38,451 bases of DNA from Clostridia bacterium (lineage in GTDB: Bacteria > Bacillota > Clostridia > Christensenellales > Borkfalkiaceae), in contig JAJPXK010000128.1 in assembly GCA_021205485.1 (NCBI GenBank), positions 1 through 38,451 of the forward strand, read 5' to 3'. Shown piece after piece: positions 7,676 through 16,212 of this stretch (position 1 is its first letter; each line of letters starts with the position of its first letter). The notes beneath the pieces were generated by a model. It did no database searches and had not been told where the DNA came from. It saw only the letters and a list, made by a program, of their open reading frames with translations. The position numbers and the translations under genes are program-made.

Positions 7676-8993
7676 CAGTTTTCTCCTCGTCGGGCGCCGC
7701 TTTCGCAGCCATATCTCTGTACAGATAGCAGGAAACGCTGTGCGTGTCGCTCACCTTGATAAGTTCGGGATATTCGCCGGCGCACTCCTCCTTGCACATC
7801 TCGCATCTGTCGCGGAAATAGCAATAATTCGGCATATCTATAGGGTTAGGAACAAAGCCCGGTATGCAGTAGAGCTTGTCTACGTCGCCGTCTACGGTAG
7901 GCTTGCTCTTTTGCAGGCCTATGGTGTACGGGTGAAGGGGCCTGTCGTAGATATCCTCCGCCGTGCCCATCTCTATAATCTTGCCCGCGTACATTACAAC
8001 CACGTAGTCGGCCATCTCGGCCACAACGCCTAAATCGTGCGTAATAAGCATAATGCTGCCATTTATCTTGCCCTTGATCTCCCTTAAAAGGTCGAGTATC
8101 TGAGCCTGTATGGTAACGTCAAGCGCGGTGGTAGGTTCGTCGGCGACTATTAAACGCGGGTTGCACAACAGGGCCATGGCTATCATAACCCTCTGGCGCA
8201 TACCGCCCGAAAGCTCGTGCGGGTATTTTTTATACACGCCCTCGGGGTCGGCGATTCCTACTAAGTTGAGCATTCTTATGCTGTGCTCTTTGACGTCTTT
8301 TTTGGATATTCCCTGTATATGAAGCCTGCCTACCTCGTCAAGCTGGTTGCCTATGGTAAACACGGGGTTTAAAGAGGTCATCGGCTCCTGGAAAATCATA
8401 GAAATTTCCCTGCCGCGGATCATTCGCATAATCTCGGTAGGCATTTTTGCGATGTCTACAACCTTTTCTTCCATCTCGTAGACATAGCCGCCAAGCTCGT
8501 TCCTCTTTATTACAGGCTTGCCCTTGCTGTTGAGTTTAGGCTTCTCTACCCCGTCTACCACTTCCGTCTCGTATACGGGTATCTTTTTGCCGTGTTTATC
8601 GAGCTTGAACATATTGGAGCGGAAGCGTATGCTGCCGCTTACAATCTGGCCGCTCGGGGCCTGCACAAGCTGCATAAGCGAAAGGGAAGTTACGCTTTTG
8701 CCGCAGCCGCTTTCGCCTACCACGCCTACGGTAGAGCCCGCGGGTATGTTGAAAGTAACGCCGTTTACCGCCTTGACCGTACCGGTATCGGTAAAAAAGT
8801 AGGTGTGAAGGTCCTCAAACTCTACGATGTTGTTCGGGTCCTTCATTTCGGTGACGTACTCGCTTTCCTTCGCCTTGCGTTTTTTGTACTTTTCGTACTT
8901 TCGCATCTGCCTGGAATTTTCTTTGGCGATGGCCTTTGACTCTTTGCCCGTTATATAATGCTGTTTGCTTTCCTCTTTAAGATTATCAGCCAT
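7659..8993 (-). CDS. Opp/Dpp-type peptide ABC transporter ATP-binding protein (OppD-like) with a lysine-rich N-terminal extension and an internal insertion
   Basis: Walker A GESGCGKSV, signature LSGGMRQR, Walker B LIVADEPTTALD, and PYT...C.FRDRC in the C-terminal domain. The ATG lies 3 nt after the permease stop. Confidence 0.9.
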   Translation of the reverse strand: MADNLKEESKQHYITGKESKAIAKENSRQMRKYEKYKKRKAKESEYVTEMKDPNNIVEFEDLHTYFFTDTGTVKAVNGVTFNIPAGSTVGVVGESGCGKSVTSLSLMQLVQAPSGQIVSGSIRFRSNMFKLDKHGKKIPVYETEVVDGVEKPKLNSKGKPVIKRNELGGYVYEMEEKVVDIAKMPTEIMRMIRGREISMIFQEPMTSLNPVFTIGNQLDEVGRLHIQGISKKDVKEHSIRMLNLVGIADPEGVYKKYPHELSGGMRQRVMIAMALLCNPRLIVADEPTTALDVTIQAQILDLLREIKGKINGSIMLITHDLGVVAEMADYVVVMYAGKIIEMGTAEDIYDRPLHPYTIGLQKSKPTVDGDVDKLYCIPGFVPNPIDMPNYCYFRDRCEMCKEECAGEYPELIKVSDTHSVSCYLYRDMAAKAAPDEEKTDGRNS

Positions 8994-8996
8994 ATG

Positions 8997-10115
8997 CTAC
9001 CTCTTCATTTTCGGGTCGAAGGCGTCCCTCAGTCCGTCGCCGACAAAGTTAAACGCAAGCACCGCCAGCGTTATGCACACGCCCGCGCCAAGCCAGAAGT
9101 TCGGGTAATACTTAAGGTTAGACATATTCGACGCAGTTTCTATCATGGTGCCCCATGTGGCCGTGCCTAAAGGCGCGCCAAGCCCTAAGTAACCTAAAGT
9201 CGCCTCCATAAGTATTACGCTGCCAAGGCCTAAAGTCATCGAGACGATAAGCTGAGGTATAACGTTCGGGATAAGATGCCTGAATATTTTTGAACTTGTG
9301 GACAGACCCGAACACTTTGCGGCGAGCATAAAGTCTTGCTCCCTCAGGGATAGGATCTGCCCTCGGACAAGCCTCGCCGTGCCGCCCCAGCTCATAAGAG
9401 ACAGAATAAGCATCATATAATACAGCTTGTCTATCGTGGTTATGTTGTCGAAAACTACCGACAGAATTAAAAGTATAGGCAGCGACGGTATGCAGGCCAA
9501 TACGTCTACAATACGCATTATAAGGTTGTCTACCCAGCCGCCGAAGTAACCGGCGAGGCCGCCGAGCACAACGCCTATAGCCGTCTCTACAATAACTACA
9601 ACAAAGCCTATGGTAAGCGATACCCTGCCGCCGTACATAAGGCGGGTGAATATATCCCAGCCGTGAGAGTCGGTGCCCATCCAGTGGTCCCAGCTTATGC
9701 CCGCGTTGGCGTTGTTTGCGGGGGTTGTTTCGCTTACAAAGTAAACGTAATGTATGATAAGGTCGCCGCTTTCGTCGTAAACAAGGTTGCCAGCGGCGTC
9801 TCTTTCGTAGTAAGACGTCAGAAGGTCAAATACATAAATAGTGCTGTTGGAATCTACGTTGAAGTCAACTTGTTTTTCACCCCAGGGCGAGAAAAGCGGG
9901 CCTACAAAGCAGAATAAAACAAGTAAAAGCAATATTACAAGCCCTATTACCGAAAGTTTGGAACGGAAAAACCTTTTGGCTACCGTACGCCCGGGCGATA
10001 AAACCTTGACCCTGTCGTTTAAATTTACGCCGTGGAGATTGTCGTTGAAGTTTCCGCCTTCTTCCGAGGGGTTCTCCGCCGCCTCGGGGGCGTTGTCTAA
10101 TTTTTTATCTTCCAT
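8997..10115 (-). CDS. Opp/Dpp-type ABC transporter permease (OppC/DppC-like)
   Basis: Contains GTDSHGWDIFTRLMYGGRVSL and the EAA-like loop (REQDFMLAAKCSGLSTSKIFRHLIPN) typical of binding-protein-dependent family permeases. Six TM-like segments. Confidence 0.9.
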   Translation of the reverse strand: MEDKKLDNAPEAAENPSEEGGNFNDNLHGVNLNDRVKVLSPGRTVAKRFFRSKLSVIGLVILLLLVLFCFVGPLFSPWGEKQVDFNVDSNSTIYVFDLLTSYYERDAAGNLVYDESGDLIIHYVYFVSETTPANNANAGISWDHWMGTDSHGWDIFTRLMYGGRVSLTIGFVVVIVETAIGVVLGGLAGYFGGWVDNLIMRIVDVLACIPSLPILLILSVVFDNITTIDKLYYMMLILSLMSWGGTARLVRGQILSLREQDFMLAAKCSGLSTSSKIFRHLIPNVIPQLIVSMTLGLGSVILMEATLGYLGLGAPLGTATWGTMIETASNMSNLKYYPNFWLGAGVCITLAVLAFNFVGDGLRDAFDPKMKR

Positions 10116-10124
10116 AACTCACCT

Positions 10125-11129
10125 CTATTTCGTAAGTTTGACGCGGGGGTCAACCAATGCGTACGCAAGGTCGGATAGCAGTATGCCTATAACTGTAAGC
10201 ACGGCGATAAACATGTTGTACCCCATTATAAAGGGTATATCGCCCGCGCTCAGCGCCGAATACGCTATGTTGCCTATGCCCGGCAGGTTGAATACAGTCT
10301 CGGTAATCATCGCGCCGCCGAAAAGCCCCGGCAGCGTGCCTGCTAGCATCGTAACAAGCGGTATCATAGTGTTGCGGAAAACGTGTTTATACACAACCTT
10401 AGTTTCTGAAAGGCCCTTGGCCCTCGCCGTACGTATATAATCTGCCGACAGAACTTCAAGCGTGTTGGTACGCATATATCTTATGGTAGAACCTACATTC
10501 AGAACAACAAGCACAAACATTGGCAAAACAAGGTGCCAGAGCATATCGCCGAGGCGTTCCCAGAAGGTGGCGTCTGTAGGAAGGTCTGCCGAATACAGGC
10601 CGCCCGAGGCGTCAAACCAGCCTAAATCCACGCCGAACCACTTTATAAGAAGGTTGCCGAGGAAGAACGAAGGGAACGAGATGCCAATCATAACCAATAC
10701 CGTAACAACGTAGTCAAGCTTGCCGTACTGGTTGCAGGCGCATTTGATGCCGAGGGGAATGGCTATTATAAGCTCGAGTATGAGCGAAACAAAGGATATG
10801 CCGAAGGATACGCCCATGTTTTTGAATATCATATCGCTTACTTCCATGCCCGAAGTCCAGCTTGTTCCAAGGTCGCCCTGTAAAATATTGCCGAGCCAGG
10901 TAAAGTACCCCGTGATAATGCCTTTGAACGTGGTAACTTCTTCAAGCCCGTACGCCGCATAGAATTGCGCCTTGATTTCAGGGTCTAACGCGCCCGTTGT
11001 GGATAATGCCGCCAGCTTTGAGTCTATAATAGTTACAGGCATACATCTTACCAGAGCGTAAAGAATTACCGATACGCCGAACAAGATGAATACGGCAAGC
11101 AATAGCCTTTTGATTATATATTTTGCCAT
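10125..11129 (-). CDS. Opp/Dpp-type ABC transporter permease (OppB/DppB-like)
   Basis: MAKYIIKRLLLAVFILFGVSVILYALVR is a typical N-terminus. The EAA loop is ADYIRTARAKGLSETKVVYKHVFRN. I chose the ATG at 11129 (GGAG RBS at 11141-11144) over the ORF-track start at 11159. Confidence 0.9.
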   Translation of the reverse strand: MAKYIIKRLLLAVFILFGVSVILYALVRCMPVTIIDSKLAALSTTGALDPEIKAQFYAAYGLEEVTTFKGIITGYFTWLGNILQGDLGTSWTSGMEVSDMIFKNMGVSFGISFVSLILELIIAIPLGIKCACNQYGKLDYVVTVLVMIGISFPSFFLGNLLIKWFGVDLGWFDASGGLYSADLPTDATFWERLGDMLWHLVLPMFVLVVLNVGSTIRYMRTNTLEVLSADYIRTARAKGLSETKVVYKHVFRNTMIPLVTMLAGTLPGLFGGAMITETVFNLPGIGNIAYSALSAGDIPFIMGYNMFIAVLTVIGILLSDLAYALVDPRVKLTK

Positions 11130-11224
11130 TGTGAGTAAAACTCCATAAATTCCCGTCACTTTTCCGTTTTTTGTAAGCGACGTTTGTGTGTTTTTGTTCT
11201 GTTTGAAACCCCGTCCACCGCAAG

Positions 11225-11410
11225 CGGTCCCCCCTCCCTAAAAGGGGAGGCTATATTGCGGTATTAAGGCTTCCCCTTGAGGGGAAGCTGTCACGTTAGT
11301 GACTGATGAGGTGTTTCTAAATAATTATGTTGCTCCACCGCTTTTACAAGGGCGGATTTTTCCACCTCATTCCCCCCTTCGGGGTACCTTCCCTTGAGGG
11401 GAAGGCAAGG
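11225..11410. repeat. Cluster of short hairpin repeat units (family 3: ccttcccc-loop-ggggaagg)
   Basis: cctccc/gggagg (11233-11250), cttcccc ttga ggggaag (11270-11287), gtcac gtta gtgac, cccc ttc gggg, and ccttcccttgaggggaaggcaagg (11388-11410). The same unit occurs at 5087-5114 and 37529-37560. Confidence 0.75.
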
Positions 11411-11413
11411 TCC

Positions 11414-11605
11414 GTCATTGCGAGCGTAGCGTGGCAATCTCGCGGGAGCGTTAGCGGCTCGCGGAAAGCCAAGCCATTTAAGGCTTCAGATTTCGTTTTC
11501 ACCTTATAATAAACGTTATTATTTTTAAATAACTAATGTGCAGCCAAGCCTGCTGGTCGCGAGTCCTCGCGGGATTGCCACGGGGTAGAGACCCCTCGCA
11601 ATGAC
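11414..11605 (+). mobile_element. MITE-like composite element, copy A (imperfect terminal inverted repeats of about 60 nt flanking an AT-rich core, no ORF)
   Basis: The left arm is gtcattgcgagcgtagcgtggcaatctcgcggg...cgcggaaagccaagcc. The right arm is ...ctggtcgcgagtcctcgcgggattgccacggggtagagacccctcgcaatgac, an imperfect inverted complement. The core ...ttattatttttaaat... aligns with copies B and C. Confidence 0.7.
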
Positions 11606-11625
11606 GCAGTGGCTTCTGCCCCTCT

Positions 11626-11677
11626 GTCATTCTGAGCGAAGTCGAAGAATCTCGCGGGTACCCGCGGAAAGCCAAGC
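11626..11677 (+). repeat. Solo left-arm-type repeat unit
   Basis: gtcattctgagcgaagtcgaagaatctcgcgggtacccgcggaaagccaagc has the same architecture as the left arms of the composite elements. It ends 16 nt from the SBP gene stop. Confidence 0.75.
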
Positions 11678-11692
11678 TTATTCAACTGCAAA

Positions 11693-14428
11693 TCAATTAT
11701 AGTCAATTTCCCAGATGCGGTCTACAAGAGAAGCGTAGCAAGAATAATCAAGGTTTAACGTACTCTTGTTTATAACCACCTGGTTGAACACCTCGTTATC
11801 CTTCCTCTGGTAGGTAGGCAGTTCCACCGCAAGCTCCATTACATAGTCCAAAGCCGTGCTGTAGTATGCCTTTCTTGAAGACTGAAGGTTGGTTTCCCTC
11901 GCCTTGTCTATAACGTCGCTGAGTTTAACTATAATGTTGTATTCGTAAGACCATTTCGTAGGGTTGGCTAAAATTTCGGAATAGTTCCAGTTGTTGACGC
12001 TGCTCGCGGTGCTGTCCATATGGTAAACCTGATACATATCGGGGTCTACTGCGGAAGTCCAAGCCGCCGCCCATACTTCAAGGTTGCCCGTTGTGAGCTT
12101 ATTGAGGGCCGTAGTATCTGTTTTAACGGTGATATCAAAGCCGCACTGTTCAAGAATTTCTTCCGCCTGCGTAAACATATCGTAAGCGGGGTGGTCGGTG
12201 GTGTCGCCAGCTATGGTAAACGTAAACTTACAGGTGGTTGTTCCGTTTGTATAGATGCCGTCGCTGCCAAGTTTATAACCCGCGCTCTCTACCAGTTCTG
12301 TTATCGTTGACACGCTGGTAGTATATTTATAGTACGCCGTGCAGTTTTCGGGATAGGCCCAGGAGGTCTTGCTCATCGGGCGGTAGATAGTCTGCGAATA
12401 CGCCGTAGAGTAATATAATGTTGTAGGCAGCGAGGTATTCATCGCCATCATAATGGCCTGCCTTATTTCTACGTCGGGCACATATTTAGGGTTGACGCCT
12501 ACATAGCCGTAGCCGCTTGTGTCGTACAGCGTTGATGAGTCAAGGCTGGAATACCTATTTAGTTCTTGCTTGTTTGTGGTTGTCGCCGAAGGCGTGCCGT
12601 AGTCTACATTGTTCGTAGTAAGGGCGTTTACTACGCTGTTGTCGCTCATTTCGATATATCTTACATATTTTATAATGGCATTGTGTATGCCGGTGCCCGT
12701 TGTATAGAAATTAGTATTGCGGACGTAGTAAACCGTCTTGTTGGTCCAGAAAGTATCTTTTGTGCCATCGCCGCCGCTTGAGTCGGAGGCCTTGTAGGGG
12801 CCCGCGCCTACGGGCAAGCCGTTTTTGGCTGTCGCCTGCACTACTGAAGAATAGAAGTCGCTTCTGCCGTATTCCACACCGAATTCGGTAAGGGTGTATT
12901 TATCACCCTTTTCGTAAGCTGTTTTATAAGCCGCGTAGTCGGCTTCAGCGGCCGCAACATAATCCTTTGTCACATTGGTTTCAGGGTCTGTCCATGTGCC
13001 TGAATAATAATGAAGGGGACATACTGTAAACGCAAAGTTGTACAAAGCTTTAGGGTCAACGCCGTTTATTCTTATTTTTAATACGTCGTAATCTGCGCCA
13101 AGGTCGGTGCCGTTGAAGGAAGATACCCTCTCTACCGTTACGCCCGAGATTGTTTCTACCTGAAGCGAACCGTCGTCCTTTTTAAGGCTTGCAAAGTAGG
13201 CGCTCCTGGCCTCGCTGGCAAATTCGGTGACGGCGTTGCTCGCCGTGCCCCAGTACTGACAGATTTTTTTCAGATCGGTTTTATTGGTATTGGCCGATCC
13301 ATAGCCGCCTGTCATGGTTTCCCATACGTAGTTTATACAGAAGTCGCGCACAACGCACTCTATGGCGTTTTTTTCGGTATAGCCCTTATCTATATAAGCC
13401 TGTATGGCCTGAGTATCTGCCTTGGCGTCTGCTATATCTTCGGCGTAAGATGTTTCATCGTTAAGGGTTGTAACATATTTTCCGTCGCCATCCTTTTTTT
13501 CTACCGAGGCGCCGTTTTCATTCTTTTCGTACACGACTTCTATTACGCCTTCCTGAAGGTAATAGTACTGCCATGTTTCGGTAAAACTGTATTCAAAGGT
13601 ATCTTTATCGCGGCTGCCGAAGGTTTCTTCCGCGGTGGTCCAGTCAGAAGTAACTTCCTCTAAAAACAGCTCTTTTACAGTCTCGATATCGGCGAGAACC
13701 TGTTCTTCGTTATTAACCGTTTCTCCGTTGCAGTAGTCTATAATATCGTTGAGCCTCTGCTGGCCCTCGGTATTGAATGTTTCTGTAATCGAGTTTGTGG
13801 AATCGTCGTCAAGAGTAGGGTCCTGCGCGCGGTATGCCTTTAAACCCTGTATATCGTTGGAATAGAGGGTAGCCGAGCCCGTGTACGCCGTATCGATATT
13901 TACATACAGGCTGAAGAGCACGTCCATTACAGTGAGGTCGTAGCCGTCAGAGAACTTCATTCCGTTTTTAATAAGGAAGGAGTATTCGGTATATTCGGTA
14001 TTGCTGCTTGTAGCTACGTCCTGCGACATTACGTTGCCTTCTTCGTCGTATGATACCATAGTATAGTCTTTAACTACGGTAGGGTAATTTTCGCCGCAGA
14101 CAATGTTGCCGTTCTTATCGGTAGAGAGCATGCTGACCTGCGTCATGGATATTACAGTGCCGTCGTTGTTAGACGTGTAAAAGAAGGGGTTAAAGTTGCC
14201 GTCTATAGTGCTTATCGCCATTGTAAAGGGGCGGGTTTCGGCGTCGTAGCTTGTAGCGGTGCTTACGCCGTCTACCCCGACATCAGACGAGGATGATGAG
14301 GATGAAGACGAGGCCGAAGACGAATCGCTGGCGCTGGTGCCTGCGCCGCCGTCGCATCCCGTAATGGCAGAAACCGTAAGCAATGCGGCCGCAGCCAGAA
14401 CTAATCCTGTTTTGAGAAACTTTTTCAT
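11693..14428 (-). CDS. Oversized ABC transporter substrate-binding lipoprotein, family 5 (peptide/nickel, OppA-like)
   Basis: I chose the ATG at 14428 (GGAGGA RBS at 14439-14444). The product is MKKFLKTGLVLAAAALLTVSAITGC with a lipobox, then a poly-Ser linker. Family-5 motifs are present: GAGPYK, GYGYVGVNPKYVPDVEIRQAIMMAMN, NNVDYG. At 911 aa it is far longer than the usual 500-600 aa. Confidence 0.85.
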   Translation of the reverse strand: MKKFLKTGLVLAAAALLTVSAITGCDGGAGTSASDSSSASSSSSSSSSDVGVDGVSTATSYDAETRPFTMAISTIDGNFNPFFYTSNNDGTVISMTQVSMLSTDKNGNIVCGENYPTVVKDYTMVSYDEEGNVMSQDVATSSNTEYTEYSFLIKNGMKFSDGYDLTVMDVLFSLYVNIDTAYTGSATLYSNDIQGLKAYRAQDPTLDDDSTNSITETFNTEGQQRLNDIIDYCNGETVNNEEQVLADIETVKELFLEEVTSDWTTAEETFGSRDKDTFEYSFTETWQYYYLQEGVIEVVYEKNENGASVEKKDGDGKYVTTLNDETSYAEDIADAKADTQAIQAYIDKGYTEKNAIECVVRDFCINYVWETMTGGYGSANTNKTDLKKICQYWGTASNAVTEFASEARSAYFASLKKDDGSLQVETISGVTVERVSSFNGTDLGADYDVLKIRINGVDPKALYNFAFTVCPLHYYSGTWTDPETNVTKDYVAAAEADYAAYKTAYEKGDKYTLTEFGVEYGRSDFYSSVVQATAKNGLPVGAGPYKASDSSGGDGTKDTFWTNKTVYYVRNTNFYTTGTGIHNAIIKYVRYIEMSDNSVVNALTTNNVDYGTPSATTTNKQELNRYSSLDSSTLYDTSGYGYVGVNPKYVPDVEIRQAIMMAMNTSLPTTLYYSTAYSQTIYRPMSKTSWAYPENCTAYYKYTTSVSTITELVESAGYKLGSDGIYTNGTTTCKFTFTIAGDTTDHPAYDMFTQAEEILEQCGFDITVKTDTTALNKLTTGNLEVWAAAWTSAVDPDMYQVYHMDSTASSVNNWNYSEILANPTKWSYEYNIIVKLSDVIDKARETNLQSSRKAYYSTALDYVMELAVELPTYQRKDNEVFNQVVINKSTLNLDYSCYASLVDRIWEIDYN

Positions 14429-14469
14429 TAAAGTTATTCCTCCGTTTTGTTTATGTTCACGGCAACCAG

Positions 14470-16212
14470 TCACTCTGTAGCCGTTATATCTGTTATAGCA
14501 GTTGTTCCGTTAATTATAACGGTGTAATTTGTAACCGTGGCGCCGCCGTACGTCGCCGCAAAAGCTGCGTCCGTTTCGTCGTCGGCGTGGTCTATGCCGT
14601 ACAGCCAGTTGTCATCTTCATAAGAGCTGGTCAATTCCCTTATATTCAGTACTACAAGCGAATCCTGGCCGCTGATGGTAAAGGTTACATTATTTATATT
14701 CAGCCCGTTTATCTGCGTTGAGCCGCTTGAAGCCAGCACCGAGCTGAAAAGCAGATAGGCGTAAATTCTTGTGCCTTTTGCCGTGTAAGTTACGTTAAGG
14801 TTATCGATATACAGGTTGTTTATAACCGCCGATTTGTTTAGCTGGCCGAATATTCCCGTGTAAGATTCGTATGCAAGGTCGGATGCCTTGTAAGTAAGGT
14901 TGCTCAACGTGTAACCATTGCCCTCTATCCTGGCGTTTAAAGCGCTTAAGGGCGAAAGATCGGTAATCTTGCTGCAGTCTATATCGTTCATAACATAATA
15001 GTTAACCGCGCTTCTGCTGCTAAGCATTGTTTTAACGTCGCTGTAACTCCTTACCAAAGTCCAGTCGCCGGGGATATAGCAAGCGTATATACTTATATAC
15101 TTTTCTTCGTCAGAGGCACCGTCGGCGGGCTTTTTAAACATAGCGCCGTTTACAGCGTTTGTGCAGTCTGCGTCGTAATAGTAGCCTACAAACGTGGCGT
15201 CGTCTACCGTAGCGGTTGAATTTATAAGAATTGTGACTTCTTCCGAGTCGGAACGCTGTATATAGTAATAAGAAAGGTCGGTGGATATATTGTCGTAATA
15301 TTCCGAAGCGATATAGTCGCCTTCCTCATATACCGCGCTTTCGCCGCTTACGGTTATGGTGATGCTGTCTGCCTCGTAGCCGTCTACGCCGTGCAATATA
15401 GCCACATAATACCTTATGCACGCAGATTCTGACCACTTGGCGGCGACATACAGGTGGCTGTCGTCTTCAAGTTCAAAACTGCTGAGGACTTCTTCGCCGT
15501 ACTGCACTGAGGGGAAGCTTACCGTGCCGTCGTACTTTTTAGCGTCGGCGAGCAGGTCGTAATCTTCCTGAGTGATGAGCCATGCGTCGTCGTTTTCTAT
15601 AAAGTCATCCTTTACTATAGATACGGTAAACGATTTGGCGGGCGAGGTTATGGTAACCGAATAGGTGTATTCTGAAGAACTTACCTTGGTAAATCCTGCA
15701 AGTTCTTCTTCGGTTATGTCAAGCACAAAGTACAGCGTGCCCTCTTCTACCGCGTTGCCGTCTTCATCCAGTACAGTTTCGCCGTCGGTCCTCTGCAAAA
15801 CTTCGTACCAGCCGACAAGCTCGTAATTAGAACGGCTTACGTACCTTGCCACGCTGCCCGAACTGGAAGAATCGGAAGACGAACTGTCGTCGGAAGTATC
15901 TGCAGATGAGTCGGTAGAAGAATCGTCCGCCGACGAGTCTGACGCGTCGCTTGAAGAAGACGAACTGTCGGAAGACGTAGAACCGTCTTTGGTGATTACG
16001 CTGTAAAAAGTAGAACCTGTAGTATATTCAAGCGTCATACTTACGGCGCTGTCGAAATAACCGCCGTTGCCGTAGTATGTTACGCTGGCCGTAGTGTTGT
16101 AGTAGTCGCGGTACTGGTCTATGCCGTCAAGGCCTATAGAACACCCCGCGAACATACACACTGCGGCGCATATGGCAAGAACTATTACAAGTTTTAGCCT
16201 TAGTTTACTCAT
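14470..16212 (-). CDS. Surface lipoprotein with a Ser/Asp-rich linker, Listeria-Bacteroides (InlB B-type) repeat-like motifs and a beta-helix/GLUG-protein-type N-cap module
   Basis: Lipobox MFAGC. AAGGAG RBS. The ATG overlaps the stop region of the upstream giant gene. YELVGWYE and ATFVGYYYDADC resemble the GW(Y)-type repeat. NARIEGNGYTLSNLTY...GIFGQLNKSAVINNLYIDNLNV parallels FNGNGKTMSNFVL...GLFG in the 1463-aa protein. Confidence 0.75.
   Translation of the reverse strand: MSKLRLKLVIVLAICAAVCMFAGCSIGLDGIDQYRDYYNTTASVTYYGNGGYFDSAVSMTLEYTTGSTFYSVITKDGSTSSDSSSSSSDASDSSADDSSTDSSADTSDDSSSSDSSSSGSVARYVSRSNYELVGWYEVLQRTDGETVLDEDGNAVEEGTLYFVLDITEEELAGFTKVSSSEYTYSVTITSPAKSFTVSIVKDDFIENDDAWLITQEDYDLLADAKKYDGTVSFPSVQYGEEVLSSFELEDDSHLYVAAKWSESACIRYYVAILHGVDGYEADSITITVSGESAVYEEGDYIASEYYDNISTDLSYYYIQRSDSEEVTILINSTATVDDATFVGYYYDADCTNAVNGAMFKKPADGASDEEKYISIYACYIPGDWTLVRSYSDVKTMLSSRSAVNYYVMNDIDCSKITDLSPLSALNARIEGNGYTLSNLTYKASDLAYESYTGIFGQLNKSAVINNLYIDNLNVTYTAKGTRIYAYLLFSSVLASSGSTQINGLNINNVTFTISGQDSLVVLNIRELTSSYEDDNWLYGIDHADDETDAAFAATYGGATVTNYTVIINGTTAITDITATE

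Noticed and set aside
11327-11509. 60-aa plus-strand ORF (…VIASVAWQSRGSVSGSRKAKPF…) in the SBP/permease spacer. The ORFs at 10978-11223, 29204-29461 and 30748-31050 are of the same kind.
   Set aside because: All are composed of repeat-unit translations, lack RBSs, and differ in frame and orientation between repeat copies.
11225-11680. Possibility that the clustered short repeats form a CRISPR array.
   Set aside because: The units are hairpin-forming, occur in both orientations, vary in sequence and are irregularly spaced with no unique spacers of constant length. No cas genes are present in the window.
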